From Lysobacterales bacterium (lineage in GTDB: Bacteria; Pseudomonadota; Gammaproteobacteria; Xanthomonadales; SZUA-5), in the NCBI GenBank assembly GCA_022844165.1, contig JALHMH010000001.1, positions 192,001 to 256,000 on the forward strand: a stretch of 64,000 bases of DNA, given 5' to 3'. A program made the position numbers and the translations under genes. This document shows positions 10,464 through 22,000 of the stretch, piece by piece. The first letter of the stretch is position 1, and the number at the start of each line of letters is the position of its first letter. Below the pieces are notes generated by a model, which was not told where the DNA came from, made no database searches, and saw nothing but the letters and a program-made list of their open reading frames with translations.

Positions 10464-10515
10464 CCCCCTTGAGTACAAGGGGGAGATTGAGCGCGCAGCG
10501 CTCAATGGGGGTTTT
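10464..10515. repeat. Double palindrome (REP-like element or terminator between convergent genes)
   Basis: CCCCCTTG-AGTA-CAAGGGGG then ATTGAGCGC-GCA-GCGCTCAAT then GGGGGTTTT. Confidence 0.55.
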
Positions 10516-10572
10516 GGCAAGTACGGTGTCTGGCGAAGCCAACAATGCTCGGCGGTCTGAGGCGAAGCCTCG

Positions 10573-11205
10573 CTAGCCGTCTACCGCCAAGGCAGCGGTC
10601 ATGGCCACCAGCTGCGTGCGGTGGTGGGCTCCGAGCTTGCGCAAAACAGCCGTGACATGCGCCTTGACCGTGGCCTCGGTAATCGTCAACTCGTGGGCGA
10701 TTTGTTTGTTGAGCTTACCCTCGCAGACGGCCAGCAGCACACGAAATTGCGCTGCGGTCAATTCGCGAAGCCTGGCAGCCAGCGCACGCTCGATGTCCGG
10801 CAACATTGGCGCACCACTCTGCGTCGGATCGACAATATCGCCGTCCAGCACGCGTTCGATCGCGGCGGTCATCTGCTCGGCCGACGCGGACTTCGGAATG
10901 AAGCCCGCGGCGCCGAAACCCAGTGCGCGGGCAATGGTCAGCGGGTCGCTACGCCCGGAAACAACGATGATCGGCAGCGTGGGGAATTGGGCGCGCAACG
11001 CGATCAGTGCCGAAAAGCCGCGCGCGCCAGGCATCGACAGATCGAGCAACAACAAATCGGTGTCTACATCCAGCGCGGCGTAAATGCCGGCGACGTCCCC
11101 CGCCTCGACCAGTTCTGCGTTTGCGAACGCGCGTTGCACGATGGTACGTAGCGCGTCGCGGAAAAGCGGATGGTCGTCGGCAAGCACGATGCGCATCGAG
11201 CTCAA
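10573..11205 (-). CDS. NarL/LuxR-family response regulator, CrbR/ErdR-like
   Basis: ADDHPLFR receiver, [23 protein letters not shown]; coupled to acs. Confidence 0.88.
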   Translation of the reverse strand: MSSMRIVLADDHPLFRDALRTIVQRAFANAELVEAGDVAGIYAALDVDTDLLLLDLSMPGARGFSALIALRAQFPTLPIIVVSGRSDPLTIARALGFGAAGFIPKSASAEQMTAAIERVLDGDIVDPTQSGAPMLPDIERALAARLRELTAAQFRVLLAVCEGKLNKQIAHELTITEATVKAHVTAVLRKLGAHHRTQLVAMTAALAVDG

Positions 11206-13139
11206 TCCGGTCGGGTGTCGATCAAGAACTGAACGACGCCCGGATCGGCGAGCGTAGAAATGTCGCCCAGATTCTCGAACTCGTTAGCGGCGATTTTGCG
11301 CAAAATGCGGCGCATGATTTTGCCTGATCGTGTCTTCGGCAATCCGGGTGCCCATTGGATCACATCTGGTGTGGCGATCGGGCCGATCTCCTGGCGTACG
11401 TGTGCCACCAACGACCGACGCAGTTCGTCGCTGGGCTCGATACCGGCCTTGAGCGTGACATAGGCATAAATGCCTTGCCCTTTGATATCGTGCGGACAAC
11501 CGACCACCGCCGACTCCGCTACGGCGGCATGCGCGACCAACGCGCTCTCGATTTCGGCGGTACCCAGACGATGGCCTGCGACGTTGATCACATCGTCGAC
11601 GCGGCCAGTGATCCACCAGTGGCCGTCGGCATCGCGCCGCGCGCCGTCGCCGGTGAAGTAATAACCACGGTAGGCTTTGAAGTACGTGTCGATGAAGCGC
11701 TGGTGATCGCCGTAGACCGTGCGCATTTGTCCCGGCCATGAGTCGGCAAGCACGAGATTGCCTTCGCTCGCGCCTTCGAGTACTCGGCCCTCGGCATCCA
11801 CCAACTCGGGGCGCACGCCATAAAAAGGTGTCATCGCCGAGCCTGGTTTGAGGTCGCATGCGCCTGGCAATGGTGTGATCAGCACGCCGCCGGTTTCGGT
11901 TTGCCACCAGGTATCGACAATGGGACAGCGCCCATCGCCGACGACGCGGTGATACCACTCCCAAGCCTCCGGATTGATCGGTTCGCCAACGCTGCCGAGC
12001 AGACGCAGGCTGGCGCGCGATGAAGATCTGACCGGCGCTTCGCCCTCGCGCATCAATGCGCGGATGGCGGTCGGCGCGGTGTAGAAGATCGTCACCTGGT
12101 GTTTGTCGACGACATCCCAAAAGCGCGAAAAACTCGGGTAGTTCGGTACGCCCTCGAACATCAATGTGGTCGCGCCATTGCACAACGGGCCATAGACGAC
12201 ATAGCTGTGACCGGTGACCCAGCCGACATCCGCGGTGCACCAGTAGACATCGCCCTCGCGCAGATCGAACACCGTTTCGTGCGTGTAGGAGGCGTAGACC
12301 AGGTAACCGCCGGTGGTGTGCAACACGCCTTTGGGCTTACCGGTCGATCCGGAGGTATACAGAATGAACAGCGGGTCCTCCGCGCTCATTGGTTCCGGTT
12401 CGCACTGCGCTGGTTGCTCTGCTGTCAGATCGTGGTACCACTGATCGCGGCCGTTGCTCCAGGCAATCGGCACTTCGGTATGGCGCACCACGATCACGCG
12501 CTCGACGCAACTGGTGGCCGGGTCCTCGAGCGCAACATCCACGTTCGCCTTCAGCGGCACCGACTTGCCGCCGCGCAGTCCAGCATCGGCGGTGATCACG
12601 AGCTTGCTTTGGCAGTCGGAGATCCGTCCGATCAGCGCTTCGGGCGAGAAGCCACCGAAGACAATCGAATGCACTGCACCGATGCGCGCGCAGGCGAGCA
12701 TCGCCACGGCCGCTTCGGGAATCATCGGCAGATAGATCGTCACGCGATCGCCCTTGCGCACGCCTTGAGCGCGTAGCGCATTGGCGAAGCGGCAAACGCG
12801 TTCGTACAACTCGCGGTAGGTCAGCGCATAGCTGACGTGGGGGTTGTCGCCCTCGAACAGGATTGCCGTCTGATGCTCGCGAACCGCCAGATGTCGATCC
12901 AGGCAATTGACCGAGACATTGAGCACACCGTCGTAGAACCAACGAACGCGAAAGTCCTCCGGCAGGAATGAGACGTCTTTGACGCGCGTGAACGGCTTCA
13001 TCCACTGCAGGCGCTGGCCGATGAGCCCCCAGAAGCGATTCGGATCCGCAATCGAGGCTTGATAGCTGGCCGCGTAGCGCTCTGGCGTCACTTGGGCGGC
13101 TGCGAGGAATTCCGGGCTCGGTGGATAGAGTTTGCTCAT
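11202..13139 (-). CDS. acs: Acetyl-CoA synthetase
   Basis: [32 protein letters not shown]. Confidence 0.97.
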   Translation of the reverse strand: MSKLYPPSPEFLAAAQVTPERYAASYQASIADPNRFWGLIGQRLQWMKPFTRVKDVSFLPEDFRVRWFYDGVLNVSVNCLDRHLAVREHQTAILFEGDNPHVSYALTYRELYERVCRFANALRAQGVRKGDRVTIYLPMIPEAAVAMLACARIGAVHSIVFGGFSPEALIGRISDCQSKLVITADAGLRGGKSVPLKANVDVALEDPATSCVERVIVVRHTEVPIAWSNGRDQWYHDLTAEQPAQCEPEPMSAEDPLFILYTSGSTGKPKGVLHTTGGYLVYASYTHETVFDLREGDVYWCTADVGWVTGHSYVVYGPLCNGATTLMFEGVPNYPSFSRFWDVVDKHQVTIFYTAPTAIRALMREGEAPVRSSSRASLRLLGSVGEPINPEAWEWYHRVVGDGRCPIVDTWWQTETGGVLITPLPGACDLKPGSAMTPFYGVRPELVDAEGRVLEGASEGNLVLADSWPGQMRTVYGDHQRFIDTYFKAYRGYYFTGDGARRDADGHWWITGRVDDVINVAGHRLGTAEIESALVAHAAVAESAVVGCPHDIKGQGIYAYVTLKAGIEPSDELRRSLVAHVRQEIGPIATPDVIQWAPGLPKTRSGKIMRRILRKIAANEFENLGDISTLADPGVVQFLIDTRPD

Positions 13140-13200
13140 GGCGGTGGTTTTTCAGATCGACGTGCGAGCAAGCATAGAACGAGCGGCCGACCTGGACTGC

Positions 13201-13215
13201 TAGACCTTGGTCGAA
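13201..13215. promoter_or_regulatory. Candidate CrbR/ErdR operator upstream of acs
   Basis: TAGAC-CTTG-GTCGAA contains the GAC-N4-GTC inverted repeat about 62 bp upstream of acs. Confidence 0.55.
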
Positions 13216-13292
13216 TGCGGCGCCGGAAGTCGCGCGAGCGGAGCCGTCGTGTCCGCTAGAATCGAGCGCAATACACTCAAGGCGTTGCGGCC

Positions 13293-14726
13293 ATGGCCAA
13301 CGATATTTATCTCACCGAGTTGCCGGGCGATTTGAAATTCGTCAACTCAGATGAAGTCCCGAATCTGGCCGACTTTCGCGGCAAAGCCTTGCTGTTGAAC
13401 TTCTTCACCGGCGCGAGCGTCGCCTGTGAACAGCAGGTACAGGACATCAAACAGCTCGAAGTCAAGTATCAGGACGGCCTCGTCGTGCTCGGCATCCACA
13501 CGCCAAAACATGCTGCCGATGCCGACGACGAACAAGTGCTCAAGATCGCCAATCGTTGGCACCTGCGGCACCTGGTGGCGAACGATCGCGAGTGGCAGTT
13601 GTGGCGCCAGTTGGGCATTGAGGTGTGGCCCACGGCAGTGTTGTTCGACTACGACGGCAAACTGGTCTCGGTGTATCAAGGCGAAGCGCGGCGCGCCGAA
13701 ATCGAGGCCAGAATCCAAGAAATCCTGAACAAAGCGCAAGAGTCCGATTGCCGCAGTTACGAGCCTGGTCCGGCATCAAGGCGACCAGAAGACCGCGGCA
13801 TCCTGCGATTTCCAACGCGTCTGATCGCCAGCGAAAACTATCTGTACATCGCCGATACCGGTTACAACCGTGTGCTCGAAGTGACCTGGGATGGCCGCGT
13901 CAAGCGTCAATTCGGTTCGCAGAACCCTGGGTACTGGGATGCGCGTGAAAGCGAGGCGGGGTTTCGCTGCCCGGTGGGCCTGGCGTTGACGCGCGATTGG
14001 CTGTACATCGCCGATACCGGCAACCACATGTTGCGGCGCGCGCGTTTGCTGACTGGCGATGTCGAAACTCTGGCGGGCGTTGGCCATTGGGAACGGCCAA
14101 CGTCCGCCGACTATGCGCAAGCCAAGGCGGCGCCGATGGCGTCGCCGATGGATGTCGTGGCGCATAACGAACGCGTTTACATTGCGCAGGCAGGGATACA
14201 TCAGATCTGGCAATACGATCCTCTGCGCAACGTGTTGATCAGCTTTTCCGGCAGTGGCCGCGAGGATGTACTGGACGGCAATGGACTGTTCGCGGCGCAT
14301 GCGCAGCCGTCTGGATTGGCGATGGGTCCGGAGGCGCTCTATGTGCTCGACGCATCGAGCTCGGCTTTGCGGTCCGTTCGGCTGTACGACGCCAAGGTCA
14401 GCACCCTGGTGCCGGGCGGGTTGTTCTCAAGCGGCAGCACCGATGGCCCGGCGCACAGTGCCCGCATGTGCCATCCAACCGCGCTGCACTTCGATTCGGC
14501 GCGAGGCGTCTTGTGGGTTGCGGATACACTGAACAACAAACTGCGTGTGTATTCGATCGCCAAAGGCGAGATGAAGTCACTGAACATCAACTACGCGTTG
14601 CGGTCTCCATCCGGCGTGTGCGTTGCACAAGGGTTTGTATACATTGCCAATACAGACGCCCACGAAGTACTCAGGCTCGATCTCAAGACCGGTAAACTGG
14701 GACGGTTGGTGTTGACCTTTCCATGA
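13293..14726 (+). CDS. Thioredoxin-like + NHL-repeat beta-propeller protein (NHLRC2-like)
   Basis: RGKALLLNFFT...VVLGIHTPK...VWPT Trx fold; repeated LYIADTGN/VADTLNNK NHL motifs. Confidence 0.85.
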   Translation: MANDIYLTELPGDLKFVNSDEVPNLADFRGKALLLNFFTGASVACEQQVQDIKQLEVKYQDGLVVLGIHTPKHAADADDEQVLKIANRWHLRHLVANDREWQLWRQLGIEVWPTAVLFDYDGKLVSVYQGEARRAEIEARIQEILNKAQESDCRSYEPGPASRRPEDRGILRFPTRLIASENYLYIADTGYNRVLEVTWDGRVKRQFGSQNPGYWDARESEAGFRCPVGLALTRDWLYIADTGNHMLRRARLLTGDVETLAGVGHWERPTSADYAQAKAAPMASPMDVVAHNERVYIAQAGIHQIWQYDPLRNVLISFSGSGREDVLDGNGLFAAHAQPSGLAMGPEALYVLDASSSALRSVRLYDAKVSTLVPGGLFSSGSTDGPAHSARMCHPTALHFDSARGVLWVADTLNNKLRVYSIAKGEMKSLNINYALRSPSGVCVAQGFVYIANTDAHEVLRLDLKTGKLGRLVLTFP

Positions 14727-16534
14727 TTGAAGGCTTCGACGGCCGGGCATTCGCCCGAACGCTGACGCAGGAACCGGGTGTCTATCGCATGCTCGGCGCC
14801 GGGGAGGCTGCGCTCTATATCGGCAAAGCGCGCAATCTCAAGAAGCGCGTCGAGAGCTACTTTTCCAGCCGTCCGCACGATGCGCGGATCACCAGCATGG
14901 TCATGCAGGTGGAGCGGATTGAAGTCATCGTTACGCGGACCGAGGCCGAGGCGCTGTTGCTGGAGAACCAGCTCATCAAGGCGCTCAAGCCGCGCTACAA
15001 CATCGATCTGCGCGACGACAAGAGCTACCCGTGGATCCGCCTCACCGCTGACGAGTATCCGCGGGTTGCGTTTCACCGCGGTGCGCGGCCGGCGCCGGAT
15101 CGATTTTTCGGTCCCTTCCCGAGTGCCTGGGCAGTGCGCGAGACACTCGATCTGGTGCATAAGACTTTCCAGATTCGTGGCTGCGAGGACAGCGTCTACA
15201 AACACCGCTCGCGCCCCTGTTTGCAGCATCAGATAAAGCGCTGCAGTGCGCCTTGCGTGGGTCTGATCAACAGCCACGAATATGCCGCGAGTGTGCGCCA
15301 TGCAACGCTGGTGCTGGAGGGCAAGAGCCCGTTATTGATCGATGAGCTTTGCGCCGAAATGGACGCAGCTGCAGCCGATCTGGACTTCGAGCGTGCGGCG
15401 AAGTTGCGCGATCAGGTCGCGGCTTTGCGTCGCGTCCTGGCCGCGCAATTCGTGCAAGGCGAACGGGGTGAGTTGGATGTGGTGGTTTGCGTTGCAAAAC
15501 ATGGCAAGGCCTGCGTCGAAGTGTTGTTCTTTCGCGGCGGCATGAGTTTGGGCAATCGCAGTTTCTTCCCGAGATTTCTGGGCGAGGCGCCCGAAGCCGA
15601 AGTGTTGCGCGCATTCGTTCTGCAGCATTACAGCGCCCAGAATCTGCCGAACGAGCTGTTGATCAGTCATGAAATCGAAGATCAGGCGGTGGTCGAAGAG
15701 GTGCTGAGTCAGGAGGCCGGTCATCGCGTGAGGTTGATTGCAAGCCCACGCGGCGATCGCGCCAAATGGCTGGAGATGGCCAGGCGCACCGCCGAGGCGG
15801 CACTCGCAACCGAACTTGCCGCCAACGCAACGGTGCATGCGCAGTGGGAAGATGTGGCGCAGTTACTGGGTCTTCATGAGTCGCCCAAACGCATCGAGTG
15901 TTTTGATATCAGCCACACGCAAGGCGAGGGTACTGTCGCCTCATGTGTCGTTTTCGATGCGAATGGGCCGGTGAAGAACGACTATCGTCGCTTCAACATC
16001 GAAGGCATCGAGCCTGGTGACGACTACGCGGCCATGCGCCAGGCGCTGCAACGACGTTTCGCACGCCTGATCAAAGGCGAAGGAATCGCTCCTGATGTGT
16101 TGTTGATCGACGGCGGAGCAGGGCAGCTCGCGGTGGCGCACGAAGTGCTCGATGAGCTGTCGCTGTCCGGGTTCAGTGTGGTCGGCGTGGCCAAAGGGCC
16201 CGAGCGACGGGCCGGATATGAGACGCTGCTGCTCGATCGCGGTCTTCGGGACATCGCGCCGGGCCCGGCATCGGCTGGCTTGCATCTGATACAGAAGGTG
16301 CGCGATGAGGCGCACCGTTTCGCGATCACAGGACACCGCGCGCGCCGCGCAAAAGCGCGGCAGCGCTCGGCTCTCGACGATGTGCCTGGAATCGGCGCGA
16401 TCCGTCGCCGCGCGTTGCTCAAGGCATTTGGCGGTTTGCGCGGTATCGAACGTGCGGCGGTGGAAGATCTGATCACGGTGGCTGGCATCGATCGTGCGCT
16501 GGCGCAACGTATTTACGATACTCTGCACGCATGA
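14723..16534 (+). CDS. uvrC: Excinuclease ABC subunit C
   Basis: GIY-YIG (PGVYRM...YIGKARNL), RIECFDISH, RDEAHRFAI, HhH tail. Confidence 0.97.
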   Translation: MIEGFDGRAFARTLTQEPGVYRMLGAGEAALYIGKARNLKKRVESYFSSRPHDARITSMVMQVERIEVIVTRTEAEALLLENQLIKALKPRYNIDLRDDKSYPWIRLTADEYPRVAFHRGARPAPDRFFGPFPSAWAVRETLDLVHKTFQIRGCEDSVYKHRSRPCLQHQIKRCSAPCVGLINSHEYAASVRHATLVLEGKSPLLIDELCAEMDAAAADLDFERAAKLRDQVAALRRVLAAQFVQGERGELDVVVCVAKHGKACVEVLFFRGGMSLGNRSFFPRFLGEAPEAEVLRAFVLQHYSAQNLPNELLISHEIEDQAVVEEVLSQEAGHRVRLIASPRGDRAKWLEMARRTAEAALATELAANATVHAQWEDVAQLLGLHESPKRIECFDISHTQGEGTVASCVVFDANGPVKNDYRRFNIEGIEPGDDYAAMRQALQRRFARLIKGEGIAPDVLLIDGGAGQLAVAHEVLDELSLSGFSVVGVAKGPERRAGYETLLLDRGLRDIAPGPASAGLHLIQKVRDEAHRFAITGHRARRAKARQRSALDDVPGIGAIRRRALLKAFGGLRGIERAAVEDLITVAGIDRALAQRIYDTLHA

Positions 16535-17109
16535 GCACATCCTTGAAATCGCCCGTGCAACTGAACCTGGCAACCCTGCTGACGATGGCGCGAATTGCGC
16601 TCATCCCCGTGTTGGTGTTGCTGTTCTTTCTGCCCTGGAATTGGACGCACCAGGTTGCGGCGATGGTCTTTCTTGCCGCCGCGCTCACCGATTGGCTCGA
16701 TGGCTGGGTCGCACGGCGTTACGATCAGGCATCGAAATTTGGAGCGTTCCTGGATCCCGTGGCAGACAAACTGATGGTCGCCGTCACGCTCGTCCTCATT
16801 GTGCAGAAGAACCCGCAACCGTGGCTCGCAGTGGTAGCTGCAATCATCATCGGCCGTGAGATCAGCATCTCCGCGTTGCGCGAATGGATGGCTGAACTCG
16901 GCGAGCGCGCGCACGTCAAAGTGGGTGCGATTGGCAAAATCAAGACCATCGTACAAATGGCCGCGCTGACGATGCTGCTTTGGCAGGACAAGCTTTTTGG
17001 AGTGCCGATTTATGCACTTGGCCTGATCTTGTTGGTGGTCGCAGCCGTGCTCACGCTGTGGTCGATGGGTCAGTATCTGAGGGCGGCCTGGCTGGTGTTA
17101 TCGCGCTAG
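16531..17109 (+). CDS. pgsA: CDP-diacylglycerol--glycerol-3-phosphate 3-phosphatidyltransferase
   Basis: DWLDGWVAR...GAFLDPVADK motif; follows uvrC. Confidence 0.95.
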   Translation: MSTSLKSPVQLNLATLLTMARIALIPVLVLLFFLPWNWTHQVAAMVFLAAALTDWLDGWVARRYDQASKFGAFLDPVADKLMVAVTLVLIVQKNPQPWLAVVAAIIIGREISISALREWMAELGERAHVKVGAIGKIKTIVQMAALTMLLWQDKLFGVPIYALGLILLVVAAVLTLWSMGQYLRAAWLVLSR

Positions 17110-17188
17110 ATGCGCTCGGGTGCGATGGAATCAAAGTCGGCCCCGATCCCGTAGCTCTGGCAATACGCCGAAACTGCGGGCGCTCCTT

Positions 17189-17578
17189 TTAGGACGTCTT
17201 CCGCGTGCGTCTGACGGTATTCGCCCCACCATGCGATGCCGATTTGGCGGAAGCCGGTGTTGGGCAATACAACTCATGGAGCGTGCCAAGCAGCGTACGC
17301 GCCGGCCCTTCCGCCAGTGTGTAATAGATTGTCTGCGCCTCGCGCCGTGTCTCGACCAACGCTTGCTCTCGAAGCACCGCGAGGTGCTGGGAGAGCGCGG
17401 ACTGAGACAGCGGCAAATGCGCGTTGATCTCGCCCACCGAGTACTCGCCGTCCACCAACAGACAGAGGATACGTAAGCGCTGCGGGTTGCCCAGCGTCTT
17501 CAGAAGTTCAGCGGCGGCCTCCGCTTGGGCGGCCATGGCGGCCGCGATCGGTGGCAGGGCATTCGGGGGTCTGGACAT
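17189..17578 (-). CDS. ArsR/SmtB regulator, BigR/SqrR-like
   Basis: SQSALSQHLAVLR HTH; Cys in LRILCLL and C-terminal LYC. Confidence 0.85.
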   Translation of the reverse strand: MSRPPNALPPIAAAMAAQAEAAAELLKTLGNPQRLRILCLLVDGEYSVGEINAHLPLSQSALSQHLAVLREQALVETRREAQTIYYTLAEGPARTLLGTLHELYCPTPASAKSASHGGANTVRRTRKTS

Positions 17579-17701
17579 AGGTCTCGGATTATAGGCAATC
17601 GGTGTCGCGGTAAAAGAGCGCGTTCCAGGATGGCCGCGCTAAGTCGCGTGGACCGAGCATCAAGCCGTTTCGCGTTGCCAGGCGGACTTCGTGGCGGAGT
17701 C

Positions 17702-17729
17702 TTGACTTTATGTCAGAGAATGCTACATT
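17702..17729 (+). promoter_or_regulatory. Candidate sigma70 promoter of DUF2892-RND operon
   Basis: TTGACT-N16-TACATT with TG extension; overlapped by ATGT-N11-ACAT. Confidence 0.5.
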
Positions 17730-17786
17730 AGCCAAAGCGAAAATAACAGTGCGTTTCGTCCCTTTCCCAATCACCGGAGATTTGCC

Positions 17787-17990
17787 ATGAACCTCGATCG
17801 AGCTGTGTTCGCCTTCGCTGGCGTGATGACGCTGCTGTCCGTCGCGCTCACTTACTTTGTCTCGCCGTGGTTTTTGTTGTTCACGGTCTTCATCGGGTTG
17901 AATTTGCTGCAGTCGGCGTTTACCGGTTTTTGTCCGGCCGCATTGGTGTTCAAGAAGCTGGGCCTTACGTCCGGTTGCGCCTTTCGCTGA
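17787..17990 (+). CDS. DUF2892 / YgaP-like small membrane protein
   Basis: MNLDR...GLNLLQSAFTGFCPAA signature. Confidence 0.9.
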   Translation: MNLDRAVFAFAGVMTLLSVALTYFVSPWFLLFTVFIGLNLLQSAFTGFCPAALVFKKLGLTSGCAFR

Positions 17991-18000
17991 GAGTATCGAC

Positions 18001-19077
18001 ATGCGCCGAGTTCGTTTCTGGTCCGCCATCGTCTTGCTCATCGCCCTTGCGCTTGCAGCTTGCTCGCGGAGCGAGGACAAAGCGGTCCACGTTCCGCGGG
18101 ACCCGGACCTCGCGACCCTCGCTATCGCACCAGAGACGGCCGCCCGCGAGCGAAGTTGGGACGGCGTGGTGCAAGCGGTGAACCAGGCGACATTGGCGGC
18201 GCAAACAGGCGGGCGAGTGATGGAACTGCCCTTCGACGTCAACGACGTGGTGCAGGCCGGCGAGGTGGTGGTACGTTTTACCGACGTCGAGCAGCGCGGT
18301 GCTCGCGCCCAGGCGGAAGCGGGTTTGCGTGCAGCGCGTGCGCAGGCTGCCGAAGCGGAAGCCGATCATCGACGCATCGCCGACCTCACGAAGCGGCAGC
18401 TGGTCGCGCGTTCCCAGCTCGACCAGGCCACCGCCCGACGTGACGCTGCACGCGCATCGTTGGCCGCCGCAGAAGCCGGCGTCAAGCAGGCCGGTGAGCA
18501 ATTCGACTACACAGTCGTGCGCGCGCCTTATTCCGGCCTTGTCACGCAGCGTCATGTGGAAATCGGCGAGACCGTCGTACCTGGCCAGCCGTTGGTTTCT
18601 GGTCTTTCGCTCGGACAGCTGCGCGCGGAAGTGCAGGTGCCTCAGGCCGATATCGCCGCCATCCGTGAGCACAAGGTTGCCACGGTGCGCCTCGCCGACG
18701 GCCGCGACGTCGCTGCTCGCGAGGTGATCGTGTTCCCGACGGCCGACCCGCGGACGCACACCTTTACGGTGCGCATCGAACTGCCCGAAATGGAAACCGG
18801 CTTGCAGCCGGGCAACACCATCAAGGTGCGCTTCAAGCTCGGTGAGGCCGAACGCCTTCTGGTGCCGGCGAGCGCTCTGGTGCGCCGCAGTGAGATAGCC
18901 GCGGTTTACGTGGTCTCGCCGGAGGGCCGCGTTGGTCTGCGTCAGATTCGTCTGGGCGAAATCTTCGGCGATCGAGTCGAAGTGCTTGCTGGCCTCGTCC
19001 CGGGCGACGCCATCGCGCTCGACCCGGTCGCAGCCCTGGCCGCCCAGCGCGCTGCGCGGGATATCGCCGATGAGTGA
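18001..19077 (+). CDS. RND efflux periplasmic adaptor (lipoprotein)
   Basis: Lipobox LAAC; lipoyl-hairpin-lipoyl (VRAPYSGLVT), ADPRTHTFTVR. Confidence 0.9.
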   Translation: MRRVRFWSAIVLLIALALAACSRSEDKAVHVPRDPDLATLAIAPETAARERSWDGVVQAVNQATLAAQTGGRVMELPFDVNDVVQAGEVVVRFTDVEQRGARAQAEAGLRAARAQAAEAEADHRRIADLTKRQLVARSQLDQATARRDAARASLAAAEAGVKQAGEQFDYTVVRAPYSGLVTQRHVEIGETVVPGQPLVSGLSLGQLRAEVQVPQADIAAIREHKVATVRLADGRDVAAREVIVFPTADPRTHTFTVRIELPEMETGLQPGNTIKVRFKLGEAERLLVPASALVRRSEIAAVYVVSPEGRVGLRQIRLGEIFGDRVEVLAGLVPGDAIALDPVAALAAQRAARDIADE

Positions 19078-22000
19078 GTTCCGCCCAGGCGTATCCGGGC
19101 GCCTCGCCCGAGCGTTCCAGAGCAATCCGCTGACGCCGGTGTTGGCCCTGGCAGCGCTGCTGCTGGGCCTTGTCTCGGTGCTCATCACGCCACGCGAGGA
19201 AGAGCCGCAGATCGACGTTACGATGGCAAACGTCTTCGTGCCGTTTGGTGGTTCGTCGGCACACGACGTTGAGGCCCTCGTGAGTGTGCCCCTGCAGCAG
19301 AAGCTCGCCGAGGTGGAGGGGGTCAAACATGTATACGCGATGAGCCGCCCTGGCATGGCCGTTGTGACTGTCGAATTCGATGTTGGCATTCCGCGTAAGG
19401 ACGCCCTTGTTCGGCTCTACAACCAGGTTTTCGCCAATGCGGACTTTGTGGCGCCGGGCCTCGGCGTGGGTCCGCCGCTGGTCCGTCCAATGGGCATCGA
19501 CGATGTTCCCGTGATGGGCGTGACGCTGTGGACCGACGACCCCGAGCGTGGCGCCACCGAGCTTGGGGCCGTAGCACGAGCGCTCGAAACCGAACTCAAG
19601 CGCGTGCCGGGCACCCGTGATGTCTACACGATCGGCGCGCCCGATCGCGCCGTCGTCGTTGAACTTGACGCCACGCGCCTGGCCGCGCACGGTATGACTG
19701 TAACTGAGCTTGAGCAGGCGCTTGCGGCGGCCAACGTCGTGCTGCACGCGGGAGAACGCGTCGATGCAAGCGGTACGCAGGTCCCGGTCACGGCCGGCAC
19801 TTTCCTGGCCAACGCCAACGACGTTGCCGACCTGGTGCTTGGTCTGCGCGAAGGTCAGCCGCTGCGCCTCGCCGATATTGCCACCATCCGCGAGGCTGCC
19901 GATCGTCCGACCGCTTACGTCTGGCATGCGGCCGGCGCGGGAGCGCCGGCTCGGATGACTGTGCCGGCCGATTGGGCGCCCGCGGTCACGTTAGCCATTG
20001 CCAAGAAACCTGGCGCAAATGCGTCTGATATCACCGCCGCGATCCGCGAGCGTCTCCTGGCACTCGAAGGTGCGCTCATTCCCGAAGGCGTTTTCGCCAC
20101 AGTCACTCGCGATTACGGGTTCACCGCAAACCAGAAGGCCATCACGCTGATCCAGAAGCTGGTGTTTGCGACGATGGCGGTGGTCCTGCTGGTGATGTTC
20201 GCGCTGGGGTGGCGTGAGGCAATCGTCGTCGGCGCGGCGGTGTTGCTGACGCTGGCCGTCACCCTGTTTGCCAGCTGGGCGATGGGCTTTACGATCAACC
20301 GCGTCTCGCTGTTCGCGCTGATTTTCTCCATCGGCATCTTGGTCGACGACGCCATTGTCGTCGTCGAGAACATACATCGCCACATGATGCTGGGTGGCAA
20401 GTCGCTGCGGGAAGCGTTGCCTGCGGCTGTCGACGAAATCGGCGGCCCGACCATCCTCGCAACCTTTACGGTGATCGCCGCGCTGCTGCCGATGGCGTTC
20501 GTGACGGGCCTGATGGGGCCATACATGCGGCCGATTCCGATCAATGCATCGGTGGGTATGTTGCTGTCGCTGTTGATCGCCCTGACCGTCACGCCTTGGC
20601 TGGCGGTGAAGCTGCTCTCGCGGCACTACGCGAGGCTCGGTGACGTTGGCGGCCATGGCCACGGCGGCCTCGCAGCGCGCTTGCACGGCGTCTTCAATCG
20701 CCTGATGCGGCCCTTCCTCGACGCCACGAAAGGGGGTGCGCGACGCTCCTGGCTGTTCCTCGGCATTGGCGTTGCGGTTGCCCTCGCCGTGGGTCTGGTA
20801 GTGGTGCAGGCCGTCGTACTGAAGATGCTGCCTTTCGACAACAAGTCCGAGCTGCAAATCGTTGTCGACCTGCCGGAGGGCGCGCCGTTGGAGCGCACCA
20901 ATGCTCTGCTGCTCGAACTGGCCGTTGCTGTGCGCGAGCGTCCCGAGGTTCTGGACGTGCAGGGCTATGCCGGTACTTCCGCGCCAGTGAACTTCAATGG
21001 CCTCGTGCGGCAGTACTATCTGCGCGAGGGTGCTGCGCTCGGCGACCTGCAAGTCAACCTTGTCGACAAGCACGAACGCGATCACAAGAGCCACGATCTG
21101 GCCCGCACCTGGCGGCCCGCGCTGCAGACCATCGCGGCGCGCTACGGAGCTGCCCTCAAAGTGGTGGAGGTGCCGCCCGGTCCGCCGGTGCTCGCGCCGC
21201 TGGTGGCCGAAGTTTATGGGCCCGACGCCGCCACAGTGCGGCGCATTGCGACCGGCCTCGAAGGTCTCGCCCGCGACACCGAGGGCCTCGTTGACATCGA
21301 CACTAGTCTCGAGGCTCCGTCCGAGCGCGAGACGCTCGTCGTCGATCGGGTGCGCGCGGCTCGCCTCGGCGTCAGCCAGCAGGCCGTCGCGCAGACCCTG
21401 GCCCTGGCGGTGGGCGGCGTGAACGCCACATATCTGCGCGACGGCGTGGCCAGGCACGCCATCCCAGTGCGCCTGCGCCTGCCGGCGGGCGACCAGGCCC
21501 GCATCGAAGAGTTGCTGGCGCTAAAGGTGCGCGCACAGGATGGACGAATGATCCCGCTCGTCGAACTCGTCGAGGTGCGTCGCGAGCCTTGGGAGCCGGT
21601 GCTGATGCAGAAGGACCTGCTGCCTGTGGTGTACGTGACTGCCGACGAGGCCGGCGCGGTCGATTCGCCGCTCTACGGCATGTTTTCTTTGGTTGGTCGT
21701 ATCGATGAACTGAAGGTCGGTGTGCCCGTTGCGCAACGCTTCTTCACTGCGCCTGACGATCCGCTCGCCTTTACCATTAAGTGGGATGGAGAGTGGCAGG
21801 TGACCTGGCAGACGTTCCGCGACATGGGTCTGGCCTACGCGGCGGGACTGGTGCTGATCTACCTGCTCATCGTGGCGCAGTTCCGCAGCTACGTTGTGCC
21901 GCTGGTGATCATGGCACCGATCCCGCTAACGGTCGTCGGTGTGATGCCGGGCCATGCCCTGCTGGACGCGCAGTTCACCGCTACCAGCATGATTGGGATG

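Noticed and set aside
17110-17188. tRNA after pgsA
   Set aside because: No GTTCG T-loop or cloverleaf is visible.
17965-21457. Long antisense ORFs over the RND genes (also over tuf and the BNR gene)
   Set aside because: These are shadow ORFs expected from high-GC codon bias opposite well-supported genes.
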